Shown one piece after another: positions 27,281 through 40,109 of a stretch of DNA of 64,000 bases. Position 1 is the first letter of the stretch. Each line of letters begins with the position of its first letter. The notes below the pieces were generated by a model. It did not search any database. It was not told the origin of the DNA and was given only the letters and a program-made list of their open reading frames with translations. A program made the position numbers and the translations under genes. Source of the stretch: Octopus vulgaris (Eukaryota); NCBI GenBank assembly GCA_951406725.2, contig OX597822.1:108314001-108378000 (forward strand), read 5' to 3'.

Positions 27281-27323
27281 TTATTATTATTATTCAGGTC
27301 ACTGCATGGAATTCAAGTCGGAA
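26560..27323 (-). mobile_element. Second, degenerate copy of the tRNA/(AAT)n/HHR element, interrupted by a LINE
   Basis: Tail 26560-26674 with a decayed HHR, (AAT)n at 26675-26810 and 27086-27294, and head remnant caggtcactgcatggaattcaagtcggaa at 27295-27323. Confidence 0.75.
26811..27085 (-). mobile_element. 5'-truncated R4/Dong-like (RLE) non-LTR retrotransposon 3' end inserted in (AAT)n
   Basis: Minus strand ALGMI(fs)KKGCQKHLDNIPGEP*SKEIQKIVLTSTAHILIKTLSM* (stop 26955-26957) resembles the GALG...IQK..L..TA.ILR..L C-terminus of RLE elements. (AAT)n lies on both sides. Confidence 0.7.
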
Positions 27324-28081
27324 AACCATATTTTTAATACTATAGATTTACAAGAAATCGTATTGCTATAATACCCAAAGGACAGGTTTGTGCTAGAAAT
27401 TTATGAAGAAACTTATACTTATTGACAGGTGTAATTAACAAGATACTTGCAATGACATTGCAACTTAAAAAAAAAACATATACTACAGTTAAAACAATAC
27501 GCACTCATTTTTTGTCTAAAAAGATTAAATGGAATCGGCTGTTAATATTATACATCTAAGTTATTTAAAAAGCGATGAAATCAAACACATAAATAATATT
27601 TATGAATTAATATGCAGAACCCAGGAGAACCCTATAGTGGAAATAAAATGACAGATATGAGTTAAAATTCCTGCGCACTATAAATCATTATTAATAGGAT
27701 ATAAAACCGCTGACTTATGTTTTATTAAATGCAAGATAAGAAAATTAAACTGTCGATATATATTTAAATTATTCAACAGGAGGCGATGATGGGCATTTAA
27801 AAATATAGTTTCCGTGGATTAATCGCATAAATATAACACCTGTACGGGTATAAGGATACAAAAATACACACCTACACACACATAAACGCATACACAAGCA
27901 CACACAGATAGGTCTATCATCTCTCTCTCTCTCTCTCTCGCTCTTTCCCTCTCTGTATATATATGCGTGTGTCGATAGATAATGTATATGTATATATGTA
28001 CATCTATCTATCTATCTACATATATATATATATATATATTCAAGTGAATTCAATAGAACTGACTTGAATCTTAATTGCTTT

Positions 28082-28139
<58 letters not shown>

Positions 28140-28404
28140 ATGTATGTATGTATGTATGTGTGTGTGTGTTATGCGTTATACTTTATGCATATATGTATAT
28201 ATATAAATAGATATATATGTATATATGTATGCATATATATATATATTGGGTATGGTAGATGAGTTCGGCAATAATTTAGATTCTGATGAATTAGGTACTT
28301 AAGTTGGGGCACCAGAATTTAGTACGGTATCATCCATACAATTTCAAAGTAAGTTGATTAAAATTAAAATAGATATTCTTGTTGTTTATTTTGATTATAT
28401 ATAT

Positions 28405-28437
<33 letters not shown>

Positions 28438-28438
28438 C

Positions 28439-28509
<71 letters not shown>

Positions 28510-28636
28510 ATTGTTTGTGATTGCTCAATATTTAATAAAACTTTACGAACTCTGCTGAATGTTTAAAGTTAGTGGCATGTGAAAATTTAAGCAATTTAAG
28601 CACATATTAAATTGCATTGTTTCTGTGCCAGCCGAC

Positions 28637-28680
<44 letters not shown>

Positions 28681-28761
28681 CAGAACGCCATGTTGGATCG
28701 TTAGCCCCTACACGCAATGTTTTTTCTCTCCCTGTTTCTCTTCTTGTTTCTTTTCTGTGTA

Positions 28762-28799
28762 TCTTTCTGTCGAAGATCGTAGGCTCGAAACGTAAAAGA
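28762..28799 (+). ncRNA. Degenerate minimal hammerhead (family E) in a short PLE-type tail between (TA)n tracts
   Basis: tcttt-CTGTCGA-a-gatc[gtag]gctc-GAA-ACGT-A-aaaga, with an A6 to U core change and one stem II mismatch. Confidence 0.6.
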
Positions 28800-28901
28800 C
28801 TTGTTTTATTTCTATTCTTGAGCGCCTGAGCGCCATACTAAAACATTTTTTGTTTGTATTCCACCTGCCTTCGTCTTTTGTTTATTTTCGTAAACCTTCC
28901 G

Positions 28902-28948
<47 letters not shown>

Positions 28949-28989
28949 TTTTCTAGTTGTTTCATACTGAAGAACCGTCTTTATATATA

Positions 28990-29281
28990 AAAAATCGACC
29001 CCAGGACTTCCTTTTTGTGAGCGTTGTATTTGTTCCATCGGACACTTTTGCCAAACCGCTATGTTACGGGGAGGTAAGCACACCAGTATCGGTTGATAAA
29101 CTATGGTGGGGGGACAAACGTAGTTACACACATAGGAAGACATACATATATACGATGGGCTTCTTCCAGTTTCCTTCTACCAAATCCAGTCAAATGGCTG
29201 CGGTCAGCCCGTGGTTGGCAAAGATGCCACTGAAACCGAAACCATGTGGTTGGGAAAGAAGTTTCTTACCACACAGCCACA
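28990..29281 (-). mobile_element. tRNA-derived SINE (family 1), degenerate
   Basis: aaaccgctatgttacgggg...tatacgatgggcttcttccagtttcc...aaccatgtggttgg...cttaccacacagccac. Confidence 0.75.
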
Positions 29282-29424
29282 AAGATGCACCTAAATAACA
29301 GAGAAATCTCTAAGTTAAATCTGATTTTCTGTTCAGGACTATACTGAATCGTAACACCTGTACCTAGTAGAAGGTAATGGTTGATATATATATCAAAATA
29401 AGCAAGAAGGATATCCAGGAGTAA

Positions 29425-29503
29425 TGCAGTACGATCGTTTCATGCAACACCATTTAATTCAACAAAGCAACCCATTTAAAATGCAGAGCAATCTTCAGCT
29501 ACA
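29425..29503 (-). ncRNA. Type-I hammerhead ribozyme (family F)
   Basis: tgtag-CTGAAGA-ttgc...catttt aa...ttaaatg...gcat-GAA-ACGATCGT-A-ctgca. The core is intact, stem I is 5 bp and stem III is palindromic. Confidence 0.75.
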
Positions 29504-30370
29504 CAAAGATATACAACGTGTATATATGCATTGTTGAGTTGTTTTCCTTTACTTGGTTGACGTGAGAAGAATCAACGGGATAACGAATTCTTTTTCTCTG
29601 TTTATAAATGGAATGAGTAAATACTTTGACAATTCTGAAAATAAGTTATAAGAAAACATTCCGGACACGTGAAGCGAATAAGAATATTCTACCAACAAGA
29701 ATTGAAAAGCGTTTCAGTTTGATGTTCAAAGATACTGTACGCGACATAAAACCTGAGACTCTGTCTATCTCGTCTTAACTATATGATTATAAGACTGAAT
29801 GTGACAGTAATTTTCCGAATATGCCATTCCATAGTAGCAGTGAATTATATTTACCAAATTATAAGACGAAACCAATAAATGGTTTTGGTAGTAGAAATGA
29901 GTGACATGCTTCTTATGAAATTAAAAGAAAACAAGTTAAAGTGTTTTTAAATAAGAAGTAAGACATTTACTGTTGAAAAGACGTTCGTCAAATTTTTCCT
30001 TTTCTGAACACTGAATACGAAATCCTAAAAGACGTTGAGCTTTAATGCATTGTAGTGTAACGATGTATTGTCATGCAATCTATGTCTGCACCCTTTAGCC
30101 AGCAATGTATATATCTGCCTACCTTGGATCTATATGTTCGTGAAAAACATGTAATAATAGAAATTGTTTTATTCGAATAATTCTATGTACTGGATGACTG
30201 TCTACTGTCTTTAATATTGAACCAAATCAATTCTTACAAAAACAGTAGTTGTTAAGTGCTTCAGAAAATTGGATAAAGTGACTGGCATACTTAAATCATT
30301 CTTGCCAGGTACCTTTCCAATGAATTATTGCGCATCAGCACTTTTGTTTCTATGCTGCTAATATTTTCCC

Positions 30371-30426
<56 letters not shown>

Positions 30427-30556
30427 TGATTGTGTGATATATATATATATATACACTCATGACAGAAGTAAATAGTCACAATTATAATCATTAAAATTTA
30501 TTTAAGACTGAAAATTTACATTCACGTTATATATTAATTGTTATAAAGTGAATATT

Positions 30557-31547
30557 TAATATTTAGCAGACATGTTTTTCAATGCATGCCATATTAAGCA
30601 TGTTACTGATCTGATGAAGAATATTCTCTTGCAGAAGTTCTTGAAGTAATCTCAAATGATTTGGCTTTGAAGACGTTTTCTTTTTCTTTTTATGAAGTGT
30701 CCTGTTCATTATGTCCCAGAGGTGTTCAATAGGCTTCATATATGATGACTGGGTTGGCCAAGGAAGCTCTTTTTGACATTCTCACCCAACATAGCTTGGG
30801 TCACTTTTGCCGTGTGACAAGGAGCCCCATCTACCAAAAATAGTTTTCTTTAAACATTTCAATACTGGAGAAGATTGAAAGGATTCCTTTATGCAATATG
30901 TACAAATATTTATTTGAGTTTATGTTTCCCTCACTCTCCACCAGCTCTGATCAACCATTGCTCTAATTTGCTTCCCAGACCATCACAGAATAACTGACGT
31001 GTTTCATTGGTGTATGCAAACTTTTCACAACAAATTCTTGAGCACACAGTCTCCAGACCCACACTCGACCACACTCAGGAAATACAGCAAATCTGGACTC
31101 ATCATAGAATATTACAGTGTCTCAAAATGCTAGTGGCCTCTCCCCCATCTCTCTGGCTTAATCTTTTCACTGCTCGATGTTGGCTGGTTGAAGAATTGGC
31201 TTCCTTCTTGCTACTCTGCCATGGTAACCAAGATCATGGAAATACCTGACGGCTGTTTTTGAACTGGCATCAAAATGTTCTCCTATGTCAGAGGCTTTGC
31301 AACGAAGATTATCCTCCACACTTCATTTTGCAAAGAGAAGGGTCCTGTCAGAGGGCCCTAGTTGATCTGAGCGAGGTGATGTGGAGTCCTTCCCCTCTCA
31401 TGTGAATTTCACAATCACACAATTAACTGTAGAAAGCAGGATCCCAATGTTTTCTGCGATTTTACGCAGATGTCCAACATCAGAATGACCCACAATGCAG
31501 CCTCTTTGAAATTACGACAGTTCCGAGGCTTCTTTTGTAAATGGCAT
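30557..31547 (-). mobile_element. Tc1-family transposase pseudogene
   Basis: MPFTKEASELS*FQRGCIVG..., RKIAENIGILLSTV, SVMVW, DGAPCHTAK and PWPTQSSYMKPIEHLWD, with multiple disruptions. Confidence 0.85.
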
Positions 31548-31944
31548 GGTTGAACAGTTACATATAGAAACTAAAACATAGAAACGTCAATTAATAAAAC
31601 ATATAAAGCTTTACAAGTTAGAATAAACATAAAACGGTGTTTTCGTATTAAAATAACAATTTGATACGCAAGTAACTTTCCATTTACGCGTTAATCTGCC
31701 AAAATTCGAAGCGTGTTAATTATCATAATGTGAAGAATTTAAATATGTAATAAAATTTACAATATTATAAATACACTTATTTATAATATTCTGTTTATAA
31801 TACTTGGATATATTTCGATAGGTTTCGTCTAGAATTGGCATCGACTTAACTAATTTAAGATGACATTTAATCCTGTTTCATGTTAGTCGTACTTTGGGCA
31901 ACATGGTCCGTTCGTGTAAAATCTAAAGTAAATATTCTCTTTTG

Positions 31945-32255
31945 GCTTCTTCTTCTTCTTCTTCTTCTTCTTTTTCTTTTTCTTTTTCTTCTTCTTCTTC
32001 TTTTTTTTTCTCCTCCTCCTCCTTCTTCTTCTTCTTCTTCTTCTTCTTCGTATTATTACTGTCAATATGAATATTATTCTTACTATTCTGGTTAGTATTA
32101 GAATACTATAATTAAAATAAATGAATCATCATCTTCATCCTCATCATCATCATTCATCATCATCTCCATCATCTTCCTCCTCCTCATCATCAAAATCATC
32201 ATCATCATCATCATCGTCGTCGTCGTCGTCATCATCGTCGCCATCAACATCATCT
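31945..32255. repeat. (CTT)n, (CCT)n, (ATC)n, (GTC)n trinucleotide tracts
   Basis: Directly visible. Confidence 0.9.
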
Positions 32256-33253
32256 TATTGTATTGTACAGCCAAAGGAATGCTTGCGCTGATATGAACCA
32301 GGACAGAAATATGAAAATGGTATTATTATATATCCAGAAGATAGAAATCATCTCTATTCAACGTAGCATTACGTTCGGATTTATATAAAAGGGTGGGAAT
32401 TTACAAGTATGCAGTTCAAAAATATTTTTACACTCCTTTACTTTGCAAATTGGAAAGTAAATATCGAAATATCGAAGACTGATTGTTTATTACTTGCGAA
32501 TGTAACCTATTCGGATTGAAATCTGTGGCTGAAATTGCAGTTGTGTAATCCACAAAACAGCCTAGGGTACAAATGAACCACATCTTTACCACACCCATCT
32601 TTGATTCATATACTCTCTATCCTATCCAAATATGTCTATTTGAACAGCAGATTAAAATATAATTTGAGGAACATTTAGCTGCTGTTTCACGGTGGTTGAG
32701 TAATCACATAAATGCACCTTCTCAGAGGAAATAAGTTACCTTTTCAGCAAACCGCCCTGGTTAACAGCATATGCTTATCGAAGTTAATAACATGTTCTTA
32801 TTGTCAGGCCTGTGCTACATATCATTTTCCTTACACACATTTTGTATTTACTTTTTGACGTTTTAAGTATGTTTTCTGTAACTTCATGACTCTTTCACAT
32901 AACCTCTGTACATCTACTCGTTTTTAAAAACATTTTTTAAAACATAAAACAACTTATGCGGCAATCTCAAACCGTTATTCTGGCGTTGGTTATCGATAAA
33001 TCAAACACATGTAAAACATCGTTATCATCATTTTTTTGGAAAAAGGAAGACATTATTTATCTTATACAAAAAGCTTATAACCTTTAACGCTTAAGCAGTT
33101 AGAGGACTATAACGTAAAATAATATACCAATGTAAGTCGGTACATGTAATATATGAGTGTGTCTGTACGACACTCAAAATTGTTCCTGTGCATTAAGACG
33201 TGCAAGCATATATACGCCTACACGCACGTATGCACAAACGCACACAGGTGCAG

Positions 33254-33287
<34 letters not shown>

Positions 33288-33302
33288 TATGTACATATAC
33301 AG

Positions 33303-33341
<39 letters not shown>

Positions 33342-33411
33342 GTATGTATATATAAATATGTGCATATATATGTATATATACACATATATTTACGTATATA
33401 TATATATATAC

Positions 33412-33506
<95 letters not shown>

Positions 33507-34863
33507 GCTTTCCTGAGGATGTTACTGCATATATTTATAAGCATTTATTTAAAAGCATTTTCCGTGAGTGCCGATTTATATACTTATTCACATTTACACA
33601 GGTAGGTGTATTCATATACATCTCATGACACACTGCCTCATAAAATTACTGTCCTTTCATCACTATCTTAACCCGAATAATTATAATTATGATTAATTAA
33701 TTTTTTTTACAATTTTACAACCGTATACATCTTTACAACCTTATGCAATTATAATAACACATAGTTTCATTTTTTTCCGTTTCGCCCTACTTCAATCCGA
33801 ACCTGAAAACCTGCTGTTTCTCTCTGTAATTGAAATTAACCTCAACCTTTTTTTAGTGCCTAAATATCTCTCTGTATTATAATATTATAATGTATTACAC
33901 GGCTATTTCCCTTTAGTTATAGTCAATAATTATGAATATATTTTCATGCATTTCTTTTCATCTTTTCTTTTCTCTTTCAGACAATTTCTTGTCAGTTGGA
34001 AATGTAGCTTTGATCTACTAATAACAGAATAACATAACCCTCACTGCAAATGTTATTTACCACCCCTCAGACTTATTCCAGTGCCTAAATATTTCTCTGC
34101 ATTCTAATATTATAATATTATAATATTCTATTATAATGCATTACTCGGTTACCTCCCTTAGTTATATTTCCATTAATTATACATCTTTTCTTTTCTCGTT
34201 CAAGCCGTTATTGGTAAATAGATATGTATCTCAGATGTATTCATAACATAATAACATATCCCTAACCACAAATATTATTTACTACCCCTTTAGTATGTAA
34301 GGCTCCCTAGAATTTTATTCCTCGAATATTTTTTCCTTTTTATTCGCTTTGTATTTTATTGATAGATTTAACAGACCTGAACAACGCCATTGTTTTCAAA
34401 TACAAGGGGACAAATTAAGTTGTAGGATCAATTTTGGCTTCACCCTACTCAACATAGAGGTATTAGGATAAGTTTTTTTTTTGTTAATAAATAAGATCAG
34501 GACACTTAATTTTTCCCCAAATTATTTCTTCATTGGTATAGATATGTATTGATTTCCCCAAATAAGTCCACATTAAGTTAACCTTGTTAATTTGATGATA
34601 TCCTATAACAATGCCGTTAGCTTTTAACTGTTGACCCCTGTGATATGCACCATCGCATTAGCCCACTCCACTACGTTTTACCCTTGCTTTCTCCCCCAAT
34701 AAATTGAAATATGATATAATTCTCATAACCTATGGAGATTACATTTGGAAGTGACTTCTTTTATCATATGATGCAATCTCATAACTTATGGATATTTCTT
34801 ACTAATTTCATTATTTATTTATTATTTTATTTCTTCATATGTTTGATTCTTATCTAACCATTC

Positions 34864-35009
34864 TTCTCTGAAGAAGGTTTGGAGTTCAATTATTGTGCAA
34901 CACCTTTACACTTTTTGTTCAACCTTTGTACAATCCCTGTATAATACTGATATGATGTGTAAGCCTTGGCAATTTGAACCCCCTCCCCAAGTAGAAACAA
35001 CTGTAAGAG
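34864..35009 (+). ncRNA. Candidate hammerhead with very long stem II (family G) at the end of a PLE-type AT-rich tail
   Basis: ttct-CTGAAGA-[119 nt including ttgg/ccaa, gttcaa/ttgaac, attg/caat pairings]-GAA-ACAACTGT-A-agag. Stem III is one substitution from the palindrome ACAGCTGT. Confidence 0.5.
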
Positions 35010-35573
35010 TATAGTATTATTCACTCATTTATTCTTATTCAGTTTTTAATAAATAGCCTCTTTGAAATTACCACAGTTCCGCGTCTTCTTTTGTATGTGG
35101 CATGGTTAAACGGTTACATATAGAAACTAAAACATAGAAACGTCAATTAATAAAACATTATAAAGCTTTACAAGTTAGAATAAACATAAAACGGTATTTT
35201 CGTATTAAAATAACAATTTGATACACAAGTAATTAATAAATAGGTCCAAATGAATGATTGCAGGCGGATGTTTGTTGATTGATTATCTTCTCCAGCTTTT
35301 TGCTCTCAACTCACTCATGTCATCTGTTCTAAACATATACTGTCATCTAGTCGTAGATTTGGTAGTTAATGAAAAAGATTAATAAATTAAAAATTAAACA
35401 CAATCATTTAGAAGCTATGACCCCAACAAACGTCACCCAATTCTTAGAAGTGTAGTTTATTCTTAGCTACATTACTGGCAACATAGTCATTTACCGTCTT
35501 CTGGCTCTATTAGAGCATTTGTGTAGAATTATATTAATGTGTCCACCTGATTAAAATTGTATTTATCTATTTC

Positions 35574-35658
35574 TGCAGCTGAGCATAGATCTGCATTGAA
35601 ATTGATGCAATGATGGCATTATTCAATTAAAAGGAGCCATTGAAACGGTCGTACTGCA
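35574..35658 (+). ncRNA. Degenerate hammerhead (family F)
   Basis: tgcag-CTGAGCA-...-GAA-ACGGTCGT-A-ctgca. Stem I is a perfect 5 bp, G8 is mutated, and the flank is homologous to 29400-29503. Confidence 0.55.
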
Positions 35659-35849
35659 TCACCTTCTGACATATATTGAGAAAAAGAAGGCAGTCAGACT
35701 TTGGACAATTTTGTATTAGCACTGTTGTTCGTTTATCGAACACGTAAAGAGATAAAATTCAAATTTTATTCAAATTTTTATTCAAAATGATAAAAATAGA
35801 ACGATTCCTTGTTCATTTATATGAATCGGATGGTTTTTGCTTGGTTTAG

Positions 35850-36255
35850 GAGAGGAATAAATATTTATGGAGTGTATTCAAAAGATGACCTAGTTGTTGT
35901 CTTGGTGCTTGAAGTCCAGCAACCTTGGTCTCAATTGAAAATCAGCAGGTCTTCGTATTTTTGTATATTGGTTGCTTTGTTCGTTTTTGGCTCCCTGTAT
36001 TTTGGAGCTTTTGTGGATTTTGGGTAATCCGTAGAAATTCGTCTCTTTGATAGTAGAGTTGCATAGATAATCTTCCTCCTTATCTGTGAAGGGATATTGG
36101 TATTCATTAATTAATGCTTTGATTTATCCGGGAGTTATTGCATTTTCAAGGAGTTTTGGTTCTTCCTTGTAGAAGTTTGGATTGTTAGAACTTCCAATAT
36201 TTTATATTTATAGTAGCCATTGTCCATTATTACTATCGCCCCTCCTTCATCGGCT
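35850..36255 (-). mobile_element. Penelope-like RT N-terminal remnant
   Basis: QADEGGAIVIMD (ADKG.A.VIMD motif) and FYGLPKIHKS, hallmark PLE RT motifs, frameshifted. Confidence 0.85.
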
Positions 36256-36504
36256 TGCTCCAACTGCAAGGAAAATGACATTGGTGAAACAAACAATTCC
36301 CTCCGCCAGCGTGCAAGAATCCACAGACAACACATCTGAGAAGAGGAATTACTCAAGATTTCACTGAGCAAACATCTAGAAATATGCGGTGAAGGAAAGT
36401 TCAAAATATTTCCCCTTTACAACTGTTCAAGAGATGACCCAAAATTCAGAAAAGCATTGGAGTTACACTCCATCAAAAGATTCTCTCCACAATTAATTGT
36501 TTGA
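36256..36504 (+). mobile_element. Penelope-like GIY-YIG remnant, inverted relative to the RT piece
   Basis: CSNCKENDIGETNNSLRQRARIHRQHI*...LSKHLEICGEGKFKIFPLYNC...RKALELHSIKRFSPQL*, homologous to 531-881. Confidence 0.85.
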
Positions 36505-36937
36505 AAATAAAACCAGAGAAACTGCGTTTTATCAGAAAAATTAGAAAGAGACACATACAAAATATGCACGGAAAACATTCCAAATGAAATAAATTATAAA
36601 CATTACACGGCTAGCTGACACAGATGCTATGACAAGCTAATACAATTGGTGAGCAATAATGCAAATGGAAGCTCTAATGAACACTATATTCCTGTCAAAC
36701 AATATTCCCATAGTATGTAAGATGACATCAGCGTATTCTAGATGGTTTAGATGACTTTCTAGAAAGATTATTAATGGTCATTTTACCACTTAATTTTTTA
36801 ACTTTTTTAATAGTAATAATGATTGGTGAAGAGACTATATTTATATTATGCTTTTACCGTTGTTTCTGAATGTGGCTCCATCGTTAATAACCTGATACAC
36901 CTCATTATAAATGATCCGATATATATATATATATATA

Positions 36938-37340
36938 TACTCTTTTACTCTTTTACTTGTTTCAGTCATTTGACTGCGGCCATGCTGGAGCACCGCCTTT
37001 AATCGAGCAACTCGACCGCGGGACTTATTCTTTTGTAAGCCCAGTACTTATTCTATCGGTCTCTTTTGCCGAACCGCTAAGTAACGGGGACATAAACACA
37101 CCAGCATCGGTTGTCAAGCAATGCTAGGGGAACAAACACACACACGCATATATATATATATATATACACTTATATACGACGGGCTTCTTTCAGTTTCGGT
37201 CTACCAAATCCACTCACAAGGCTTTGGTCGGCCCGAGGCTATTGTAGAAGACACTTGCCCAAGTTGCCACACAGTGGGACTGAACCCGGAACCATGTGGT
37301 TGGTAAACAAGCTACTTACCACACAGCCACTCCTGCGCCT
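36938..37340 (-). mobile_element. Full-length, well-preserved tRNA-derived SINE (family 1)
   Basis: Complete head (aggcgcaggagtggctgtgtggtaag...gggttcagtccca), body and (taaaagag)n tail, inserted in (TA)n. Confidence 0.92.
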
Positions 37341-38093
37341 ATATATATATAGTATTCGTATTTTCACAACTGTTGTTCTTTTAGAACTTACATGTACTCG
37401 AGACAGAAAACTAGAACTACTTTCCCACTGATTATGAAAGATATATAATGTAGCGACTTGGCAACGTAATTCTTGAAAAAGATCTCTTCTGTATTATCTC
37501 ATGCAAGCAGGCAAGAAAACGAAAAAATATATCTTACAAAAGGATGAATGATACTAAAAAATATATTTTAGCAGGCGCTGCTTTATTATATAATTTATAT
37601 TCTACAGAGTGGCTTCCAGCTAAATATATAATATACATGTTATCACACAACTCATTTATGAAATTGGACTAAATAGACATAGAGAATGCATTGAATTATA
37701 AGCAGCACCGAACTTCAATTATCCTGATTTTATTGTCCTAATTTATGAAAGTTGTACAAATATTGAATGTTTGTTTGCACAAAACATGGAATTACACAGA
37801 GTATGGAATTTGACTACAAGTGTAAAGGAATATACATTTTCATAGAACTTTGAACTACGTATTTTATTTTCAGTTTTGACCGCACCCACAACTATTTTCT
37901 TGTCTTTCCCATCCTACTTCCTAAAAGTGATATCTTGAAAGGTCACCTTGAGAAAATGTGTTTCTTTACAAACATGAGCAGTAGTAGACACTGAGAAGGG
38001 AAAGATGAGGAAGAGGGAAAATGAAGAAAAACATGATTTGTTATGAAATTTCAATGAGTTGACCACATCAAATTGAAGGGGAAACGCTCTCTT

Positions 38094-38095
<2 letters not shown>

Positions 38096-38148
<53 letters not shown>

Positions 38149-38261
38149 TTAAAATAGTATGTATGTATGTATGTATATATATGTATGTATGTATATATAT
38201 GTATATATGTATGTATATATATATATGTATATATGTATGTATATATGTATGTATATATATG

Positions 38262-38293
<32 letters not shown>

Positions 38294-38398
38294 AATATAT
38301 ATATATATATATACATATGTGTGTGTGTATACATATATATATATATAAAATATGTATGTATATATATGTGCGTGTGTCTGTCTGTCTGTGTGTGTGTA
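38096..38398. repeat. (TA)n/(TATG)n compound microsatellite
   Basis: Directly visible. Confidence 0.95.
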
Positions 38399-38595
38399 TT
38401 TTCTCCCATCCTTTAGTTTCTTCCTAGGGTTACCTTCACTTACTTTTCTCCAATTTTGGCTTTGTTCTGTCGACTTACAAATAAATGTTGCTAACATGCA
38501 TTGTATTTCAAACACCAAATATATTAGAGACAATGTACGAATTTATGACATTTTATGTACAGAGGCTACCTTAACGTGCATTTAAGATAAACATA

Positions 38596-38851
38596 AGCGC
38601 AGGCGTTGCTTTGTTGTAAGAAGCTTGCTTCCCAACTACATGATTCTGGGTTTCCTAACACCGTGTGGCAACCTGGTAAGGTGTCTTATACTATAGCCTC
38701 AGGCCGACCAAAGCATTCTGAGTGGATTTGGTAGATGGAAACTGAAAGAAGCCAGTCGAACATGTGTGTGTTCGTGTGTGTGTGTGTGTGCGCGCATGCG
38801 TAGGTGTACGTCATTGTGTCTGCGTTTCTACTCCTTCATCACTTGACAACT
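38596..38851 (+). mobile_element. tRNA-derived SINE (family 1), older 3'-truncated copy
   Basis: ctatagcctcaggccgaccaaagc...gagtggatttggtagatggaaactgaaagaagcc. Confidence 0.8.
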
Positions 38852-39513
38852 GAAAGAAGTATAATATATCTTTTAGAGAATCATTATGATATTTAGTTAC
38901 ACCTGTTCCAATAAAGACACTATGATGAATATTTAACAGACACCGAAATTTCTTGTAGATGCTTATCTAGACTAAATATAACAAGTGCTTTTTTTCTGTA
39001 GAATTTTCAGTAATTTAGCTGTAGATTTTCTAAATGATATCATTATTCAGTTTCACTTATTTATTTGGTAGCTTCAGTCAGATCGATAGAATTTTGATTG
39101 TATATTAAGAGATATGTTTAAATTCATGTATTTTAAATCGCAATAACTTTAAATTTAACATTGTGTTTTAAAGTGCAATATCATATGGTGATTAATATTT
39201 TAAACAACTATCGTTTGTAAGAGATTCCATTTTTGCGAAAGCAAAATAAAATGAGTTATTGCTTGTCTATATATATGCAAATGATTCGGTTATTTTTTCT
39301 CAACCTACGAATTATTTATTACAATAATTCTTATCTCTTCACTCCTTTCAATTATCTAATACCGTTCTCAATGAAACTCATGAGGCCAAACTCTACGTGC
39401 AGACCTACGCAAATTATAATTTTAGTGCACACACAATGTAAAACGTGGCTTTTCATACAGACTCATCGATATGATATATCACGTTCAGTAAAAAGTAAGC
39501 AAGAGTGTTTTAC

Positions 39514-39580
<67 letters not shown>

Positions 39581-39736
39581 CTTAATTGCTTTAGTGGTAT
39601 ATAGGATCAATGACACTAACGAGGATGTATGCAAGGGTAGTTCCCCGATTTCTCTCCCCCAACAGTATAAAACTTGACATGATAGGCTATGCAGTTGGAC
39701 CAAATATATATGCGTAGTGTGGTAAGTGTGGTATAT

Positions 39737-39898
39737 GTGGCTGTGTGGTAAGTAGCTTGCTTACCAACCACATGGTTCCGGGTTCAGTCCCACTGCGTGG
39801 CATCTTGGGTAAGTGTCTTTTACTATAACCTCGGGAAGACCGAAGCCTTGTGAGTGGATTTGGTAGACGGAAACTGAAAGAAGCCCTTCGAATATATG

Positions 39899-39931
<33 letters not shown>

Positions 39932-40109
39932 ATGTATGTTTGTGTGTCTGTGTTTGTCTCCCCAACATCGCTTGACAGTCGATGCTGGTGTGTTTCCGTC
40001 CCCATAGCTTAGCGGTTCGGCAAAAGAGACGGATAGAATAAGTACTAGGCTTACAAAGAATAAGACATGGGGTCCATTTGCTCGACTAAAGAAGCGGTGC
40101 TCCAGTATG
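39737..40109 (+). mobile_element. tRNA-derived SINE (family 1)
   Basis: gtggctgtgtggtaagtagcttgc...gcggtgctccagtatg, truncated at both ends. Confidence 0.88.

Noticed and set aside
28281-28330. CTGATGA...GAAT motif
   Set aside because: The second core half and stem I are not supportable.
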